Positions 38,301 to 50,306 of a stretch of 64,000 nt of DNA are shown piece after piece. The number at the start of each line of letters is the position of its first letter. The stretch's first letter is position 1. The stretch is from the NCBI GenBank assembly GCA_973895155.1, contig OZ316895.1, forward strand, positions 21,402,558-21,466,557, in the 5' to 3' direction. Made by a program: the position numbers and the translations under genes. The stretch is from Marsupella aquatica (Eukaryota; Plantae; Marchantiophyta). The notes beneath the pieces are model-generated. The model did not search any database, was not told the origin of the DNA, and saw nothing but the letters and a program-made list of their open reading frames with translations.

Positions 38301-40791
38301 CTTCACAAGCGTATGGTCCGTCACATCCTCGGCTGTCACAGCTCTACCAAGCAAAATAGCCTTTGCAGCTGCAGACAAGGATACCGGAGATATGAATCAG
38401 AAAATCCACACAAGCAACTGCAATCTCTCTTCCAAACCCTTCACATTATAAAACTCAAAGACATACTAGATCCCCAACCTGTTGCTTAAAGCGCCACTGT
38501 CCATGACAAAACCTGGTTACACCAGGTTTCACCATTTTTAGTACCCTGTTCCTGAAATTACGGAGCAAAGTCTCATGCTAGAAGAGAGCAATATGAAAAA
38601 GTGAGGAGTCTTGGACAGTTCTCCTTTTATATGGACAGTGGTGGTTTAACAGTGGCTAACCAGTATTTTATTCTCTCTTGATTTAAATCCAGCTTAGGCC
38701 AACCATACTTTGTCCCAGACAGTTCCGACCTAACAGTGTCTAGATTTCGACATTCATCAAGTTTGATTCATTCTCCATTTAGAAGTCTACGCATCAACTC
38801 AAGAATGTACCGCGTTTCCAGTAGACAGAAACCGTTAAAATTAAATCGGTAGAAAATGGACTGAGATCTAGATTGATATACTGACACTAGACTCAAGGGA
38901 CCTTGGCTATCTGCTTAGATCCACCCCAGACCTGTGGCTTCTCATCAGGATACAGCGATCTAAAGTATCTAAAGCGATTGTTCGAAAAATCTTTCATCTC
39001 AGTTTCTTTGAAAGCAATAAACTGAACAGAGTCCCAAGCAACCCTAGAATATAACTTGAATCATGGGAATCGAGAGTTACCACTGTAGTAGCGACTTTTC
39101 AACTCTTCAACAGTCCGCGGAACAGCCCGAGGAGTAGTGAACCGATCTGCAATAATGATGAACCGTAGGTCAAACTGCTCACATAGATCGAAAAGTTTAT
39201 CTGTCTCCTGCCTGCTCCAATTCTGCCAATGCATGTCCACAAATAAAAACCACCATCATGACGACAAACAGAAGCCTATCCAACCAAACTGCACAAAAAT
39301 AGAAGCTTGTCCGGAACATGATCGATGAGTACGGGGGACCCCCATCAGATGAGTTTTATAAGCGTGGTCTGGATCCCGTCACTATTCTACAACGCTCTCG
39401 GAAATACACAGGGCTGCAACGGGGGGCTCAAGATCAACTGACAGTTCAAAAACGTCATTGTAAAAGGGATGTATTGGGGTATAGACTTTGCTTCCATTCT
39501 TATCAAAGTTGTGGGCTTGCCGACTTAATTTCATATGAGCTACTCTGTTTTGAGGACATTCTGAGAGCTCTTTTGACGTCCTCGAACTTTAAACAACACT
39601 CTACTCTGTGAGACAACCCCATACTTCTGAATTACCAGTACATCCTTAATTGGAACTCTTTCACCTCTGAAACCAAAACCGAACTTCAACGACAGGCAAG
39701 ATGGCACTCAAAGTACTAACGGATAGAGCAGAAGCTTGGCACATACTGGATCAGGCAAATACTTGGCATACTCCTCATCTGTGTACCGAACAACCTCCAC
39801 CGGCTGCACATAGACAACATTGGCCACTCAGAGAGCTTTCTTGTGACTTGCGACTCCATAGCTTGCAAGACATGCAATAACTAGTCATTCCTTGCTGATT
39901 AGTGACATCCAAACAGTAATCAATTCACGGACAAGTTTAGGAATATCACCTTATTATACTTCGCAAATGCATAATCTCCAGTTGGCTGGACCCCATCAAC
40001 AACTCTAACCTGGTAAATGCCGTGACCAAAGAGCTATGTTAGACAAATTAGTTTTTAAACTGAGGAATAAAACGTAGACCACTTCAAATTTCATCCAGCA
40101 AGAGAACCTCAGACAAAGGAAATCATGATAGTATGCAGAGAAGAAATCGTAATACTATTATGATGATGCAGAAGGAAATAGAGATTCATTTATTCCATCA
40201 CATCAGTGCACGTACCCAGTGGTATAGCTGCAGGTTATCTCCACGAGCAGAGTTTGTAAAAGGATGCCATTGCCATACAACCTGCAAATTAATAAAAATT
40301 CTCAGCTAAATCCTGAATCCTACCAATTCAAGATCAGAAAATTTTCCGATAACAGTTTTCATAGAAACCTTGACGAAGCACGCTTCAACAAAGAGGAAAT
40401 TCTGTTCGAAATTTTTAGCACCAACAAGCATACCTTCTTAGCTGCCACCACCTGCCTCTTTTTTAGATTGGTTGCATCGAGAGAAGGTACCACAGGGGGC
40501 AAACCTCCAGTCAGAGCATAAACCTGCAACACCGTGAGAGAAAGAGTGTTGGGCATATAAATCAGATTGCAATTGTGGTCCACAGCACCTCAACAAAACT
40601 CTAGAGTATTTCCTATTGCAAACTTGCGACTAAAAAACAATCCACAGTAGTGACAGGTCGTCCGAATGTACCTCACGGGAGACTCCATCCGGCTTCTTCA
40701 CAGGCTCCTTGGGCGCTCTTCTCTTCTCCGAACCACCACCTAAAACCGATGACACCTTGGGAAGCCCTAAGATATCCTTCGCGTCTGCCAT
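35373..40791 (-). CDS. SWC4: SWR1-complex protein 4 / DNA methyltransferase 1-associated protein 1 (SANT/Myb domain; NuA4 and SWR1 subunit), about 485 aa
   Basis: Exons complement(40672..40791, 40434..40523, 40216..40281, 39950..40009, 39747..39803, 39081..39222, 38301..38368, 37839..37931, 37637..37684, 37195..37428, 36870..36980, 36643..36738, 36303..36380, 35933..36011, 35658..35692, 35373..35453), all GT-AG and in frame. Motifs include [92 protein letters not shown] and [17 protein letters not shown]. Confidence 0.93.
38490..38645. mobile_element. 156-bp MITE with 15-bp TIRs and a TTAA TSD in SWC4 intron 6
   Basis: TTAA|AGCGCCACTGTCCAT ... ATGGACAGTGGTGGT|TTAA. The TIRs match at 13 of 15 positions. 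Confidence 0.7.
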
Positions 40792-40834
40792 TTTCTCCTC
40801 GCTTCACGTTGTTTGCTAACCTCAGTCTCCTGAC

Positions 40835-40997
40835 CTAAGTCAAACCGAAGGTCTGTCGATGGATGCAATGAGTGAACTCATAACCTGATTTCCAAGTCTC
40901 CTGGCTCACGAACAACAAGCTAACCACAGCACGCACGTCTGCTGGAAAGCTTTTAAAATAACGGGAGGGTGCAAGAAAAAACTTCATGTCAAAGTAC
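40835..40997 (-). other. Putative 5'UTR intron of SWC4
   Basis: Donor CAG|GTACTT at 40997 and acceptor TTTGACTTAG| at 40835, 43 nt before the ATG. Confidence 0.55.
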
Positions 40998-41371
40998 CTG
41001 TTGCAGCGGCAGCTGCAGGGTGTGCTCGAATTTCTCCGCGTAGTTTTGGCTCGTCTCCCTACGTCATCCATCATCGCTCCATCTGCTTCCACAGAGTCTC
41101 AATGGAGTCTCAGGAGGACTCATTGGTAGCACGGCAGCTCTTCGTTCGACTCTTCCCCTTGTGAATAAAGTTCTGAACCGATCATTGTAACTCAACAATC
41201 GAACGAAGCTCCGTGTGCGCATTCATTCGCCAATGCTTTGTTACGATTACAAATTCTTCGTCGCGTCGAGAATTCGAACTTCTCCATCAGATTTGATTTG
41301 CGATGCACAACGAGCAGAGTATACAGACAGGTCTCTCGATAGTAATGTGCTTACGTCGTACCCGAGGTCGA

Positions 41372-41583
41372 TTACCGAGCAATTACAATAGGGTTTACGG
41401 CCTTACATCGTAAGGCTGTTCGGCTTGTGGTGTAAGAGACCAGTTACCGAGCAGCTACAGTAGGGTATTATGGGCTTACACCGTAAAGTTTCTCGGCTTG
41501 TGGTGTAAGAGAGCAATTACCGAGCACTTACAGTAGGTTTATGGCATTACAGTTTGAGGCAGTTTGGCTTGAGTAGGAGACCC
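41372..41583. repeat. 72-73 bp tandem repeat, 3 copies, upstream of SWC4
   Basis: TTACCGAGCA...GGCTTGTGGTGTAAGAGA units start at 41372, 41444 and 41517. A telo-box TAGGGTTT lies at 41389-41396. Confidence 0.85.
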
Positions 41584-41592
41584 AAAAAAACC

Positions 41593-42018
41593 TCCATTAG
41601 GGCGTGTCACAACACTGCGGTAAGCAAGGTCTTACACCTGATACTTTTTGGACTTTTTGGATGTAGCATCCTTACGCGGCACTAGACCAATTACCCATTA
41701 CTTGACCCTACAGATATGAAAACAAAGAAAAACTCTTGCAAAAAAAGAATTCTATGTTATTTGGTGTTCATCTTTGCTTCATTCCTATTTTTTGTCCACC
41801 CTCATTTCAGTTTTGTCTTTATATACTGTCAATGTCCCTTTTGTTCTTCTTTGCTAGCATCCCTGTTTATGGTTTCATTGTCAGTTTTGTCTGTAGGCCC
41901 TACATGTAACTTCCCGTTGCAATGATTAGTAAGATGCATTTAGGTAGCTTGGCTGTAAGAGTACTTCATGTCCTTGGCCAAACTGAGTTGCGGCCTTGCT
42001 TTGACACGCCCTATTGGA
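41593..42018. mobile_element. Candidate MITE with 17-bp TIRs
   Basis: TCCATTAGGGCGTGTCA (41593-41609) versus TGACACGCCCTATTGGA (42002-42018), 16 of 17 match. No TSD found. Confidence 0.45.
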
Positions 42019-44855
42019 CAAACATAGGAGTGTGTACAATAAAGAATCCTTGAACCACTGTCCATTGTAGATTTTACTCTTGAGCATTGTGAGGAGTGGA
42101 GGCTATGGGCTGTGAGGCAGATAACACCTTGTCAAGAGGGTGTTCTGGCTTGTCATGGCCTCAGGGAGCAGGTCTATCTGACTGGGTGTTAACTACACTC
42201 TTTACACTAATTAGCATCACCCAAAATTAGTATAACACATATTAATTAGTGTGTGAGCCTTGTTTTCCTGCAAGTGACACTATTTAGTGTTGCCACCAGT
42301 TTTTTTAACCAAAATCTCATGTAGCACACTAGGCAAGAATTTTTGCCAAGAGACCTAAAGTGAAACCTGACGAGTTTTGGTGTGGCTGGCTGTAACATAT
42401 GTTCATAGCTATTCTTGGTTTGGCCGGTCAGACCTTTAAACAAGTGAGAGATGCTGGAATTAGATTTTCTTTTCTTTTCTTTGGCGGAGTTTGATTCACC
42501 CATTGTTTTTGCCAGAATAAGAGAAAGAGTAGTTTTGCTTCACAATGCTACTGCTGCCACCAGTAATGTGCTCCATAAAATGTTTATGCTCCTCTTGTTC
42601 CTTTAGTAATTGCAATCATGTCTTGTCTTTGAAAGCAATTCAAGTGCTTGTCTTGAGTATACCGGCAAGAATCAATGTTAAAATTCTCTATTGTTATTGA
42701 AGGAAAACTTCAATCCTGGTACTACTAGACAGGGCTCGACAAATGTCTTCCAATGAGCTCAAGATCAATCCGTTTTGTTTACTTTACAAAGACATGATAT
42801 TATTTCAATTCTATTCTTTTTCCTTCAGTACACCTGCAGTATCATCTTTTAACTACTATGTTGAGCAAAGACTACATTTGCAACGGCATGCCCATGAACA
42901 TCCAACAAACAAGTAGTCAATGTATGTGCTTCACCTCAGATGAGACTACATCTAAGAGAACACGCACAAGTTTTACTGCACTCTAGGTTGGTCGGCCATA
43001 CCGCAATACAAGCTCTCCCTATCTCTCAATTGGCTCCGTAACAAATGAGTTCTTCCTCCACAAGCAAACATTGTTTGGGTATATGGTGTGCAGCACAACT
43101 AACTTAACTAAGTCCGCAACTGAGGTTAGCCTAAGTACGGCTGCAATTGTAACTCTAGACCTAAGAATAAATAACATACTAAACTAAAACAAACTTGATC
43201 GTAGTTTGGGCCACAATACTTATGGTAAGGTCTTGAGAATCCTTTTAAATGAGCTCAAGATCCCTCTATTAGGCTTAGTAACAAAAAAGATGTGAATTTC
43301 CCAAATTACTTGCTTTTTTCATATCCAAAGATTCTAGCAAGGACCAACCTTTGATAACTCTCTTGTTGCAAAACAAAGATTTCAATCTTGACACTATTGG
43401 AAATTTCTTGGAAACAATTTTCAATGGGCCCAAGATTGCTTATTGGCAAGATTGCTTATTGGCATCAAGTAACAAGAAAGTTGAAAATGAATATCAAGTT
43501 CATATGCATTTTGCTTACAACTGCAAGGAGAATGTTGACGGACCCGAGCTTCAGGAGCCTCTTGCTTCTGCATGTCCCAAGGGCCCCATTTTGACCCTAT
43601 CAAGAAGTGGAGAAAGGCACCTTCAACATGTTGTAACCAAGGGTAACTGACACAATGTCATCACGTGGATGGTATGCAGAGTGGAGGAGCAAAGTTCAAT
43701 CATACATTCCTCCTCAAAGTGTGAAAGAATTCCCTTAATTATTTTGTGCATAGTCAGACAATGCAAACCTCACCAAGACAATGAATTGGTGAAAGGATGA
43801 ATTAGGATTGACAAGAGGATTGAATGTGCTATAATGTATCAAGAAGCAAACCTTCAAATCTATTCATCATTGGCAGAATGGACTTTGCAGGAGGGTAGGC
43901 TTAAAAGCTGGAAGTGGCAGGGGATAGACGAGAGACTAGTTGCATTGGCTACCTGGATATATTCTCTCATCTGTGAGGAGCTTCCTTGTTTGAAGGTTGT
44001 TGGTTTGGTTTTCTCCTTTGGTTCTTAGAATGGTTGCTGGTAATGTGTTGATGAAAACTATTCATGATATAGCATGCTCATCCTAGAACATGCTTGATAT
44101 TTTGTCTTGTAGTGATATGTAAGTGGATAAAATAAGAGTGTAGAAAAAACACATATTAAGTGTGAGCGGGGATAAAATAATGTAAGTGGGTATAAAATAA
44201 TGTAAGTAGAGCACATGCAAAAAAAGGACATAGGGAGTGACCAATGAAAAGTACACTCAAGTGCTATGACACAAAGGTACCAAGATCGATGTGTGCACTC
44301 ATTAATTCAATGTGCCTTATTAATGACACCCAATTCAATAAAAACCATAAACTTAGGAAAGAAAGTCATGAAGGGAACTTAAGGCATCATGTATTCACAT
44401 TATTTAGAGTCATTTTTCTCTATCATAAGAAGGCTTAAAACTTTGTTCAAGTGAAAGAAATTAAAGTCATTGGTTAATCTAAGAGATAGATAACAAATAT
44501 TAAAAATTAAGAAGGCTGCCAAAATGAGTTCAAAATTCTCTAAGATGCCAAAAATTAAAGGGGTCCAAAAATCAATTAGAAATCTATATGATGCAAGGAT
44601 GCCCCTTTGATAAGGCACATTGAAATAAAAATACATGACACAAAAATTCTGAATAAGACAAAATTTTGAAAGGTGGATTCATTATATACCATCTTCAAGT
44701 GTGATTTCCTTCCTGACGTTCATTAAAGTAGTACGGTAAAAGCTGATAATGCATTATTGGAGGAGCGCTAGTCTTTGTGATGTCAATTCATAATATACCA
44801 GTGCGGCAGAAGCTCATAATTGCACACATAGTGCGGTAGCGATAGTCTTTAATGT

Positions 44856-45078
44856 TGTCAACTCCCTTATACCGCTTCCGAGTCATGGTGTCCTCAAAAC
44901 TCCATTTGAAGGTAGGTATGTGAGAATGCTATCAATTCCCTTATATCGCTTTCGAGTCATGGTGTCCTCAAAAATCTGTTTGAAGGCAGATACTGAGGTA
45001 CGTGAGGATGCTGTCAATTCCCTTCTATCACTTCGAGTCACGGTTTCCTCAAAAATCCGTTTGAAGACAGGTACGTGA
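44856..45078. repeat. 75-82 bp tandem repeat, 3 copies
   Basis: TCAA(C/T)TCCCTT...CGAGTCA(T/C)GG...CCTCAAAA...TTTGAAG units near 44856, 44930 and 45012. Confidence 0.85.
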
Positions 45079-46254
45079 CTTGTTGGCCTGCAAGCAAAAC
45101 TAGTAGGCACAGATTGCAAAAGTTGCCTGAAGATTAGGGAGACAGAAAGTTGAATGGAAAGACTATAATCAACACATCTACTGTAGTGATCCCCAAAGTG
45201 ATCAATCCTATCTAAACTAAACAATCTAAACCTTGACCCGGTGGTACATCATACAAGGATAGAACGATGAATACTCACCCATACGTAATCGGTGGTTTCC
45301 TGAACTGCAGATTCTTGCCGTCCGGCAATGCGTTTCAATTGAACCAAGATATCCTCCCCTTTGAACTCACAATATATCTGGACCAAGATTGCAAAATTCT
45401 AGATAACCTGGTTTTTTTGTGCCACTCCCCTGTTTGCAAGACATTCCGACCCTCTTATGTGTCACCTGGTGAAAACTCACTAAAGAATTTGCATGAACTC
45501 ATCATTGATGGTTGGATCAAGACTGTAAAGAGTGTAACTTAACACTTGAAGACATTTTCAAAAACTTGTTTCATGATAGCAACAACTAAACCCGTCTCTC
45601 TTACCAGGAGCATGTGCCAACTTGGCCGGTGTGTTATGAAATGCTCATGATAAATGCTTCCATCATTTGGTCACACAAGTCATACAGAGAGAAAATCCCC
45701 CAAAGTCGTTTAACGTCACTAGCTATTGTTTATGGTCAACGCTACATAGATATTATTGCCTACAACGTACAAGCTAGGGTGTTCAAGATTCTACAGATTG
45801 ATTTTGTATGTTGTCTAATTTGCAAGGTTGAAGAGTATCACATGGTTGACTCCAAGATCCATAGAAAGTAGTTTCATATCTACATAGATACATTTCATTT
45901 CTCAAAAGATACTTCGTTCACTTGAGTCCAAATAGTATTTTGTTTCATGCACAATTTTTAACCAAGAAGTAATTTTTTTGTGAATTTCATCATGTTAAAG
46001 TAAACTGTATACAACAGAATGATACAAATAGGGTTTTGATGTTTACAATAGCCCAAGTCCCATCCAACAAAAGAACAAAATCTAATACTGAGTAATTATC
46101 AAAAACCCCAAAAATACTACAAATGAACCTCCAATAGATGATTATATTTGACAAGAAGCTTGGATGGACTCATGCAATTCCCATTGAGTACTCTGAAATA
46201 GTACCATATTAACACCTTTTGTATATTAAATGTTCACCTTTATATATATCTAAA

Positions 46255-47043
46255 CTAGCCTTGTGCCCGTGCGTTCCATGAAAGATTTTGAGGAGAGAGT
46301 AGGATGTCGAGGAGAGGCAAAGATGTTGAGACGGGGGCAAAATGTCAAGGAGAGGCAAAGATAAGCAGGTGAGGTAAAGATGTTGAGGTGAAAAAAGATG
46401 TAGATGAGAGAAAGAGATGTTGAGGTGAGGAAAAGAAATCAAGGTGAGAAAGGGAGGTCAAGGAGAGAAAAGATGGCAAGGTGAGAAAAAGTAATAAAGA
46501 TGAGGAAATTAAAGATGTGAGGAGAGAAAAGATGTTGAGGGTGACGGAAAGATATTGTAGTGAGATAAAGATGTCAAGGTGAGCAAAAGGTAAGATGTTG
46601 AGTTGAGAAAAAGATGTGAAACCAGGTGAGAAAAGATCTCAAGGAGAGAAAAGATGTCGAAGGTGAAAAAAATGTCATGGTGAGATTAAGATGTCAATGT
46701 GAGAAAAATTGGCAAGATTAGAGAAAGATATCAAGGTAAAGTTGTTGTGGTGGTGTTTAGTAACTTGTGCGTTGCACATAGAAACTAGAGACACAAGATA
46801 ACGACCACCGCATATATTCAACCCATTTTTATTCTTTTACCCAATTTTTTGGCATCCCTATTCTCGCCCCTTGTACTATATAAGTCTATAACCGAGAACT
46901 AATCTTAGGTACCCACCTCACTAAATCCAAGAGCCTTAAATAATTCTAGAAAATATCTCAAGGCTGAGCATGTTCTCTACTTTTTCACTTTTGTAACGGG
47001 ACGATGGACAAAAATTGGCGGGAATCGTTATTATAGTAGTAAA
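46255..47043 (-). mobile_element. Non-autonomous Helitron-like element with an internal 19-20 bp minisatellite
   Basis: The minus-strand 3' end is a decayed hairpin (…GAACGCACGGG) followed by CTAG|T at 46255. A second GTGCGTTGCAC hairpin lies near 46767. The AAGATGT(C/T)(A/G)AGGTGAG array spans about 46285-46740. The putative 5' end reads TTTACTACTATAATAA, probably TC decayed to TT. Confidence 0.55.
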
Positions 47044-47704
47044 TGTGCTTGGTCCATTTGAGTCTTGAGGCCAAACATTGTTGTCCATTCAAGCATCAAT
47101 AAATTATATAATAAGTTCAAATAAGAATAAGCTAAATATAATTTTAATTGTATAAATTTATACATGGAAGGTATACATATAGAGTAGGTGTAGAAGAAAA
47201 TGTATCTGGACAGGCTGGGTATAGAGGAAGATATAGGGCAAGTCGATACCAACCAGCCTAGGTATTGTATAAGGTATTGTAAAATTTGATACCTGCCAGG
47301 CTGGGTAATACCTTGCCACAGTAGCATACATACCCCAAACTGGTCCTAAAATTGGGCCTAAAATCCTGACGTCTGACTTTGTCTGGATCATGCTTTTTGA
47401 AGACTTCCATATTTATGTTGTGTACTGGGTACATAGAGATTTGTTCTTTTGAGATTCTTGCCAGTGGTTCACAACCCCCATGAGATAGTAAGTTTGGGAA
47501 GGAGGAGTACATTTTTAAGCAAACTGGACATATTGGAGCGAACTGTTTGCAATGTGAATTTTCTTGCTTTTCTGATGTGTGGTGGATGAGCATGAGGAAA
47601 TGTTTGACTTTGTTTTGCTTATGCTGTTTCTGATCTTCTTGTTTTGCATTGTTTTGTGGGCTCTTCGAAAGCAGCCACAAGAACGGGGTGTTGTGGGATC
47701 AGCC

Positions 47705-48058
47705 ATGGGAGACCACGGCAATGTAGTGGTCATCAACACTGTTGAGGAGTGGGAGACCAAATTGGAGGAGGCCAAAAGTGCCAGGAAAGTGGTGGTTGTG
47801 GACTTCACAGCAACATGGTGCGGCCCATGCCGACACATGGGCCCTGTCTTTGAAGAACTGTCCAGGAAATACGTGGATCTTATTTTTATGAAGGTTGATG
47901 TGGATAAATTGCAGGAAGTTGCTGCCAAGTGGGATGTGCAGGCCATGCCCACATTCATTTTCATCAAGGATAAGAACCTGGCTCATAAGATTGTTGGAGC
48001 CAACAAGGACGAACTTGAAAAGAAGGCTGTATTTTTCTCAGCTAGCACACACACCTAG
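47705..48058 (+). CDS. TRXh: Thioredoxin, h-type (117 aa), intronless CDS
   Basis: MGDHGNVVVINTVEEWETKL...VVVDFTATWCGPCRHM...FMKVDVDKL...VQAMPTFIF...IVGANKDELEKK, with a canonical WCGPC active site and Kozak-like GCCATGG. Probable 5'UTR intron at 47488..47674 (GTAAGT...GCAG). Confidence 0.93.
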   Translation: MGDHGNVVVINTVEEWETKLEEAKSARKVVVVDFTATWCGPCRHMGPVFEELSRKYVDLIFMKVDVDKLQEVAAKWDVQAMPTFIFIKDKNLAHKIVGANKDELEKKAVFFSASTHT

Positions 48059-48299
48059 ATGGCATGGTCTCATCCTGTAGTAGGGATTTAAGACGCGTCC
48101 TTTACTTATTTGGAAAGTCATTTGTTTTATCTGGAAAGCATTGCTGCAATGTAGGGCACCATGTTGTTGTGACATTTCCACGGTAAAATTCAAAGAGGGC
48201 ATGGCCTCCGCATCTTAGGGTGCCGTAAATAAGGCAAAACTTTAGGGAGAGAAAGGGGAATTTAAGTGTCTCCTCTCAATTTCAAGTTTCCTCATTCGT

Positions 48300-49000
48300 T
48301 GTGACGAGGGGCGTTGAGATTGAAGTCCAATCCTTACATGAAGTCTGACTGTGTTTGATAAATTGAACCAGCACTGGCCAATGAAATTACAACCAATTAA
48401 AGCAATGCAAATCTGGAAGTGGAGTTTTACACACTTCTTATGGCATGGTGGGCGTGTTTTTGTCAGGTCAATTCTTGGAAAGGTATCACCCAATTTACTC
48501 TCTGTAAGTCTTTTAGACCAAATCTTGTGACAGAGCATCTGCAACAACTACAAATTCAAGGATCCTCATCTCCAATCTTCTTGGTGCTTGTTTTCCCTCC
48601 ACTATCACCAATATCCTCATTTTGTCCTCCCCCTGGATTTGGTGAATGTATATGTTCGCAATCAACAAACCAGTGAGGCTCAAAATTCCCAATGGTGACC
48701 ATGTTGAAGGCATGATGAAGTACAGTATTCACATTCCTGTCTTCAATGTAAGGGTTCCCAAAGGGGTCATCCGTGAACAAGTTCAGCATCTTATAATTCC
48801 CAGCATTTGCTACAATTTGTTGGGCTGGCCATGGCCATTTCATCACTGTCCTTAACAAGTGTAGCTTGGGATTTGAGTTGTATACACCTTGTATCACATC
48901 AAATGGTATATTATTAAAGTGAATGCAAAAACAAATAATGTGTGTCATGCATTTTTTAAACCTGTCCAGTGACTTTTGTAGCAAAGGAGAATCCTGATGA
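48300..49000 (-). mobile_element. Possible heavily decayed LINE reverse-transcriptase fragment
   Basis: LNLFTDD (about 48767-48790) resembles the RT LFADD motif, and the downstream RIDLTKT resembles INxxKS/T. Very degenerate. Confidence 0.3.
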
Positions 49001-50096
49001 TATGGATTTTTGTTACTTCTCCAAAATATGTTTGGATGATACCTTTTTGTTACTTCTCCAAAATAAAATCTTAAGCAGTAACAAATCTTAAGGTGATGGA
49101 AGTTGTTGGTTGAGATTTGTCAATTGAGAGTTATCCAGTGAGATTTGTGAGGTTCACCTTTTAATAAAATGATTTTTCTCCTGTGTTGAGCGCTTTTGCT
49201 GTGCAAGTGGTTATATTGCTCAAGCAGGGTAAGCATCAGTTCTTAAAAAGAAGAAGATTTGATTGAAGGATAAAACCTCACAAATCAAGCTAAAGGAACT
49301 GGAAGCTAAATACTCACCTTGAGCCCGACCTTGAGCAAAGAAAAGGAAAGAAAAGCTCTGATTAAGAAAGTAGAGAAAAGAAAAACTACACGAAAGCAAA
49401 CACAAGCTGCAAGGGTATAGTTGTTAAGGAAGTAAACAAATTGACTTTGTTGGATCACACAAGTATTACTGAAGCTTAGTCATATCTTCTTGAGAAGTTC
49501 AGACCACAAATTGAGAAATGGAATTAAGATTGAGCAAGAACAATTGTTGCATCAGTACACCAGAACAAAGTGCTAACTGACAATATGAAGGTGGTCAATA
49601 GACAATTGGCCAAGGCTGGGAAAGCGGGTGAAAAGCTGAGGAAGTTTGAAAGAGGCGGTAGTTTATGTCCATTTGAAGCCCAAGAACAATACATTACAGA
49701 GAATCACCTGAACAATTAGGATTGAATGGGGGCTCTTGAGGCAATACCAAATTGTTGAATCCAACATTGCAACTTTTCAAAGAAATTCTCAAACACATTG
49801 ATCTTGCAGTGACATTGGAAGCTGATGCTCGGATGGACTATGACATTTGACACATAACTCAAATGCATCAAGTGGCTTTGGGGACCTAAAAGCGTGACAA
49901 TTAATATAAACTAAGGGTACTATTTGCGTTTGACAATGTTTGAGAACAGTCCATCTGGGTTATAATGGTCTATCCAATTTGTTTGTCCAATGTTGTGTTC
50001 CATTGAGGCTTCTCCATGGCACTGGCATGTTAACTTTTCTATTTCCCCAGCAGTCCTCATAACACAAAAAAAAATACATCGGCCAGCCTGTATTAT

Positions 50097-50306
50097 GAAA
50101 CTCTCAAAACATCACATGCTAATATGGAAGAGTTTTTCAAATAATGCAAATAGCACTATAATTAGGGTTTATCTTCAAATACATTTACTTACACAAAGCT
50201 ACAAAACTCTCATAACATCACATGCTAGTTTGGAAGATTCCTTCAAGTAAAGAGGGTCTTATGAAACTCTCATAATATCACATGCTAGTTTGGAAGATTC
50301 TTTCAT
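50097..50306. repeat. Direct repeat, 3 copies (AAACTCTCATAACATCACATGCTAGTTTGGAAGATTC)
   Basis: Copies near 50098 (diverged), 50204 and 50264. Confidence 0.8.

Noticed and set aside
47579-47704. Hydrophobic N-terminal extension of thioredoxin in the ORF track
   Set aside because: It starts at GTG and lies mostly in a T-rich stretch ending in a good acceptor (47674), so it is most likely intron. The ATG at 47705 has good context.
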